From an uncultured Planctomycetales bacterium (GTDB taxonomy: Bacteria > Omnitrophota > Gorgyraeia > Zapsychrales > JANLHA01): DNA of 43,076 bases. Every line of letters begins with the position of its first letter. Position 1 is the first letter of the stretch. The stretch lies in NCBI GenBank assembly GCA_964635405.1, contig CAZWOH010000002.1:1-43076 (forward strand), in the 5' to 3' direction. Both the position numbers and the translations under genes were made by a program. This document shows positions 36,401 through 42,400 of the stretch, piece by piece. Below the pieces are notes generated by a model. It had not been told where the DNA came from. It saw only the letters and a list, made by a program, of their open reading frames with translations, and did no database searches.

Positions 36401-39400
36401 ACAATTTCGTGTTTTGTTAACGAATTCTGGTGCAAGAATTTTAGGCGATTTGCCGTTTTTCCGTTCTTTGGATGGCACGGATGCTTATTATCATAAGGAA
36501 TATTTTGTGACAGAGCAAGGGCGCATTGTAAGCCCGGGCATTGATAATCAAGTTTGGGGAGATTTAGCAGCGTATGATGAAATTGGTATTGAGAAATGTT
36601 GTTCAGAAGGCCAGATAGATCCAAGGCTTCTTGTGATTATTTATTGGCAGCACATCTTTGAGAGAGTTTTTGATGATCCTGTTCCCAAAATAGCCGGCTG
36701 GCGGCTTGATGCGTTTCATTTTTTTGGGCGTGGTCCTAATGCTCGACGGGTCATTTGGACAAGCCGGCTTTGGGATGATATTGCTTATTATGCACAAAAG
36801 CATAATCTTTTGATGATGACGGAACAATTAGGAGGTGATGACACAGCATATGAAAATCTTAAGAGGTTGGGTTATTGGCAAATGGAAGTTATACGGTCTT
36901 GGGGGAGAGGCAGCACGGTTGAATTTTATTATGGGAGACTATTTGATGCTAGCCGCAAAATTGCTTATACAACGGCCGAAACGCATGATGTACAGCGGTG
37001 GGCGGCAGAATATCTTGAGGACTTTATGCGCTTGGCAAAAACGAACGATAAGGCTCAGGCGCTTGAGCTTTTGGGTCCTGCCTTTTTGGGCTTTTATATT
37101 TTGGGCCCGCGAGCGGAAGCAGTGTTATTAAGTTTGAGTGATATGGCAACTTTAGATCCGATCAAGCGTGAAGTGTATAACGAAAAAGGCATGGTTGTTG
37201 GCTCTCAATGGGGCACAGAAAAGATTGGGTCGGTGGATCTTTCTGAGATGATACGCAGTTGTGTGGATATTAGAGAAAATCATCTTGCGATAAGCCGCTC
37301 TGAAATGATTTATCTTGCGACGGGTGATGTGCACGTGAAGGCTTTTCTTAAGAGATATGAAAGCGATGTTCTTGTGGTCATGGCTAATTTTAGCAATATA
37401 CAGAGACTAGCTCAAATTTCACTTTCAAGTTCGGATTTGGGCTTGGAGTTTCTCAATAGAGATCAGCATTCTGTTGTTGTGCAGATAGAAGATTTGATAA
37501 GTGGGCAGATTTATCCGCCGCAAGACTTGGGATTAGAGAATTGGATAGAATTTAAACCTTTTCTTGTCCCCGGACAGTTGGCGGTGTTTCATATGCAAAA
37601 CAAGTTAACAACCATTGCCGCCTCAGCGGTCAAAGAGGCAACAGCAATTTTTTCCGATAATTCCATACTTTACGAAGCCACACTCCTTAATCAAGTTGTT
37701 TCTTATACCAGAGCTGTTTTAGCCGCAAACGACAATATTCTTGGGACAATGATGTGCTTTGCAGCCTCCTTTTATACTCAAAAAGTAGCTAAAGATTTGA
37801 TAAATGATGACACTAGTATTATTAAAGTACTTAATATTAAACAACTTTTATCATTTCCTACCGCTGCTTCTTTTATGGGACATGCTCTGGTTTTTGTTAT
37901 TTTTAAGGACAGCCAAAGAATATATCTGCTTGACCCAACGATACAGCAATATATTTCTTCGCATGCGGCGTTATTATTAGAACCGCGCAGTGATTTTCAT
38001 GCGAGACTTTATGCGGTCCTTTTGAGCAATGGTTTTGTTCTTTATTCAGGGCATGAAATACAGATTATTGAGATTTATGCGAGAATTATTCGCATGGGTG
38101 TATATGCCAACCCGCAGCAAGTTTCTCGTTTGGTGGAGGATGCTGAAAGTTCGCAAGAACCGGTCTCTTACGACTATCAAAGTTTATTTTTAAATCCTGA
38201 TGTCCAGACGTATTTATCGCTTGTCAAAAATATTTATAATCAATCTTTGAGAGCCGAAGTTCATGGAAAAACTATTCATCAAGCGATGGTGCGAATTTTA
38301 AATAATGCAAAATTATCAGCGCAAGGCAGAGATATTGGCATTTTAGTTGACTTGGCCATCAAAAACGCCAGCGCGCCTGTGACCGGCCCGCCGGCAAGGG
38401 AAATTGTTGGTGCTTTGGCCGCCTCGTTTTTCTTTTTAACGAGCCCCAGTTTTTCTGCATCGTTTTCAAAATCCGTATTGCCAGATTCCGTAGCGCAAAT
38501 CACAGAGTCTCAAAAACAAATCCTTCAAACAGCACTGCCCGGCGTGTTGCCTGCGCTTTCTTTAGCGTTTAAATCGACATCAGATAATAAACCTCAAATG
38601 AGCACAGATTTAGGCCCATTAGTTCTTAATGGCATCGATCCGGATATGTTTAAAAATGTCAGAGAATTGCGCATTATCGCCGCTGGCGGAGGTGGCGATG
38701 TCGATAGCGCGATTCTTCTGGCTTTAGGGTTGCGTCGAATTCTTGGCGAAAATATAAAGATTGTTATTTTTACGACCAACGTCAAACACGCTAAAGAAAA
38801 CCCGATGGGCTGGCCGCTTTCCGTCGGAAATATCATTAATATCAGAACCGGTCAGCCGATTAAGCCTATCCCGGGCACGGAACATTTTTATCGCATTGTC
38901 CCCGGGCTTATTGTTCGAAACGAAATTTTGGATGATACCGACCGACCGTATCACGCACAAGTCCCGCTTTCGGATAGTCAGATGGTTGCTCTTGGGCTTC
39001 CGCAAGGAATTGAACTTCTGATGATCGATGTCAGTCAAAGCGCAAAAGATTTAGCCCAAGATTATTTACGCTCGCAAGGCGATGATGTTAACGCAAAAGA
39101 GCGTGTTCTTATCAGTCTTGATGTCGGCGGGGACAGCCTTGCGCGGTTCCCATACTCAATAACTTCACAGAATAAGCCGACGCATCCGGAGCGGTTTATT
39201 TGCTCGCCGGTGACAGACCTGATTATTTTGAATATGGCACGAGAAATTGAACGCGTTTTAAAAACAAACGTCTTCTGGGCTGTTTCGGCTTTAGGCGGCG
39301 ACGGAGAATCAACGCCGAAGGTGCTTGAGTATATGCGCGAATATTATGCGGAGCAACAGATCGTTGGCGTTTTGGATAATATTCGTTTGTTTAATGAATA

Positions 39401-42400
39401 TATAACCCGTCAAGATGCCCTTGTTTTGTATCAAGCGCTTGCGACGATACCCAGTGAAGTTTCAGGAAACCTTTTAAAACGTCTCTTCGCCATTTCTCGA
39501 CGGCTTGATGAAATTCGTGGATTAGTTGATCGGCAACAAAAGGTAAAACTTGTGCGTTGGGTGATGCGATCGCAATATTCTCAGCAAGGTTTCCATCCTC
39601 AACAAATGTTTGACGCCAATTATATGACACAGGCCCTTGCCCCAACATTGGCAGATTCACTGAGAAATGGGACTCGTCGCGAGTTATTGGCCCGGGCGTA
39701 TCCGTTGACAGTTTTCTTCTGTCCGTCGTCGATTGCGTCAAAAGTTCGCAATCGTGATTTTGGCAACGCTAATTTAAATTGGGAACAAATGGAAAGGGCT
39801 CTGCGGAAATTTGGTTACACGACGGAAGTGTCTGATTCGCAAATGATTCGCGAATTGCAAAAAGAAAAGACTGCTGCAGTTGTCGTTGCCGCCAGTTCGG
39901 TTCTTTTATTAAGAATTTTTGGCGGTAATCAAGAACTTGTTGAGCAATATTTGCAAAATGCCATGGCGACTTTAGATCTAGACAGGCCGCAGGTGGAAAA
40001 CGGAATCTTTGCTCCTTCTTTGGCCGCAGAGAGCCGAAAAGACGCCGATTCCTATATGCAACAGGATTCGGCAGTCGGTCTGTGCTTAGGCGGCGGGACA
40101 GGGATGATTTATCTGATTAATGCACTTCGTGAAGTTTTCCCAAGAGAATATGCAATAAGAGCAGGGCTTGCCGCTATTGATAATGGAGGTTCAAGTCATG
40201 CAATGGCAGAAGGTCTTCAGGCGGCTGGCTTTGGAGTCCCTTATCCTTTCGCGGATCTTCTTAGCCAATTGCAAGCGCTTTCAACTTTGGATAAATCCTA
40301 TCGTATTTTGGATCCGCAGGGCCGCGTGCAAGTAACGACACTAGACTCTAATCTGCCGGAAGTTGACGAAGAAGGTCATGCTCTTAGGGCAGGACAAATT
40401 GTTTTTTATGACGAGAATAATAGCCCTATTTACTTGGAAAATTTTGAGGAACTTATTATTCGTTTACTTGAACGTATCGTCAAAAATTTCTTGCCGAAAC
40501 AACAGTTAAGTGATGATTTTATCTTTTTTGCCATAAGCCTGCTTAATCTTATTGATTTGGTTAAGCCATATATTGAGAAAGGCTATATCAAATTGCCGGG
40601 TTTAAGCATACGAAATCTTTTGCCGATAGCTGTTATGGAATACATGGGGCTTATTGACGTCGATAATCCTAAGTATAAGCAGGGTGCGCGCAAGCTAATT
40701 GTTACTAATCAAAAAGATATGCATCGGCTTGAAAAAGGTCTTGATCTTATCGCGCAGATGATGGGAGTTCGTCAAGGCCGGGTACGGCTTTCGCATCTTT
40801 ATCCCGAGATGGTATATGCGATATATGCGGACTATGTGATTTTAATAGACAATCCAGAAAATCAACAAAAAATTATTCTTTTGGTCCGTCGAGAAAGTAA
40901 AAAATGGCTTGTGCGCGTTTGGGGAGAAGATGCTCAACATTCTGCTAATTTTGCGGGAGAACGTCTTGAAATTTCGTTGACTGACAATTTATCTATATAT
41001 TTTGAGGGCAATTTAAAAGGTTTTATTTTTTCTTTGCAAGCGCAAAATGGGCAGATACAGATATTTCAAGGATCGAAAAAAGCGGTAAGTCTTGTGGTTT
41101 ATAAAAGTAAAAAATATTTGATGTCTGATGACGGAACAGGGAGGCTAAAGCGTCTGGGGGGAAAGGACGCCTCCTATGAAGCTTTAGAAATTAACGGTTA
41201 CAGCGTGTATATTCGCTCCCCGATTATAGTAGGGCAGACGCATATTACAGAGACGGCTAATTATTCCCGTATTGTAGAATTTGGTCTAGCCAGACCCAGA
41301 GGTTCAAACGGTCGAATCACGTATAAACCTGATCCGAAAAGACGCGCGGCAGCTAACAGCGGATTTTTGCAAAGCATACTTTCACCAAATACAAAGTTTA
41401 TAACTTTAGGTCCGGGATCCAGACTTACGAGCAAGAAGATTCATCTTCTTGTCGGCGGCATTTCAGAGGCTTTAGCTGGCCGTTGTAAACGCAGTGATAT
41501 CCCTATTGTTTTATTTTTAGGGCCGACTTTAGATAATGAAAGTTTTGGGGATAGACTTATCATGGTAATTGAGAGGCTGGAAAGAACATTAAGGACGGAT
41601 TTTAATAAAAAACCGATATTTACAGATTTGGTTATTGCTCCTTTGGATACGAGCACGCTCGAATTTGCGTATAGCGTAGTCGGTCCGCAGCCTGTTGGTT
41701 GGTATATCGAGAAATTATTAAACGACGATGACAGTATTAAGCAAGCTGTTATTTCAGATTTAGATTTGCGCTATATACAGATGCTTATCGAAAACTATCG
41801 TGCTCAAGAGCATTTTGGGCAGGCGATTGTGGATATTGATGGCGCAGAGATTTGGTTAGAAGAAGGCTACAGGGCCGTTTCGCTTCGCGATTATCTTACG
41901 TTTAAAATCGCGCAATTTTTAGATTGCGTCAACCAAGAGCCTAAGCCCGAGATACGCCAACCCGGCGATCCTTCCAAGGAAGCCAAAAAGCCGCGCGGTT
42001 CATTTACGCCTTCGCCTGCAGAACTTGTAGAATTTAAAAGACGGTATCCAAATATCCGTGTTTGGACAGATGTTTTTACAACAGGAATTATATTTACGCC
42101 GCCACGCGATCCTCGTCAGCCGCCAGCGCCTAAAATCGGTTACGTTAAACATAATCCAGAGCGTCTGCGAGAACTTTTAAGGCTTCCCGCATCGGAAACG
42201 TCCGTCGCCAGCTCGGGAGTTATTCATAATTTGGCCGCGAATCGTCAAGAGGTCATTGAAACGGCGATCAGTGAGTTTGTCCGCCTTGGCATGGAGTCCG
42301 TCGAAAACACAGATAGCTTTATTGTCCTTCTTCCCGGCGGAAAAACAGCGCGGGATTTTTATTTAGTTTTTGCGGCGCGAGTTAAAGAATTGATGAGTGT

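Noticed and set aside
36835-37131. + strand ORFs in frames 1 and 2 (e.g. 36835-37131 at 98 aa, 4192-4458 at 88 aa, 38761-39021 at 86 aa)
   Set aside because: They overlap the giant frame-3 ORF out of frame, inside well-supported domains (GH77-like, linker and DUF1152-like regions). Their translations look like frame-shifted noise.
38400-38465. IVGALAASFFFLTSPSFSASF as an additional transmembrane helix in the tail
   Set aside because: It is only moderately hydrophobic, is Ser-rich and is flanked by soluble-type sequence. It is more likely a buried strand or helix, or a linker. A TM call here would put neighbouring cytoplasmic-type enzymes on opposite sides of the membrane.
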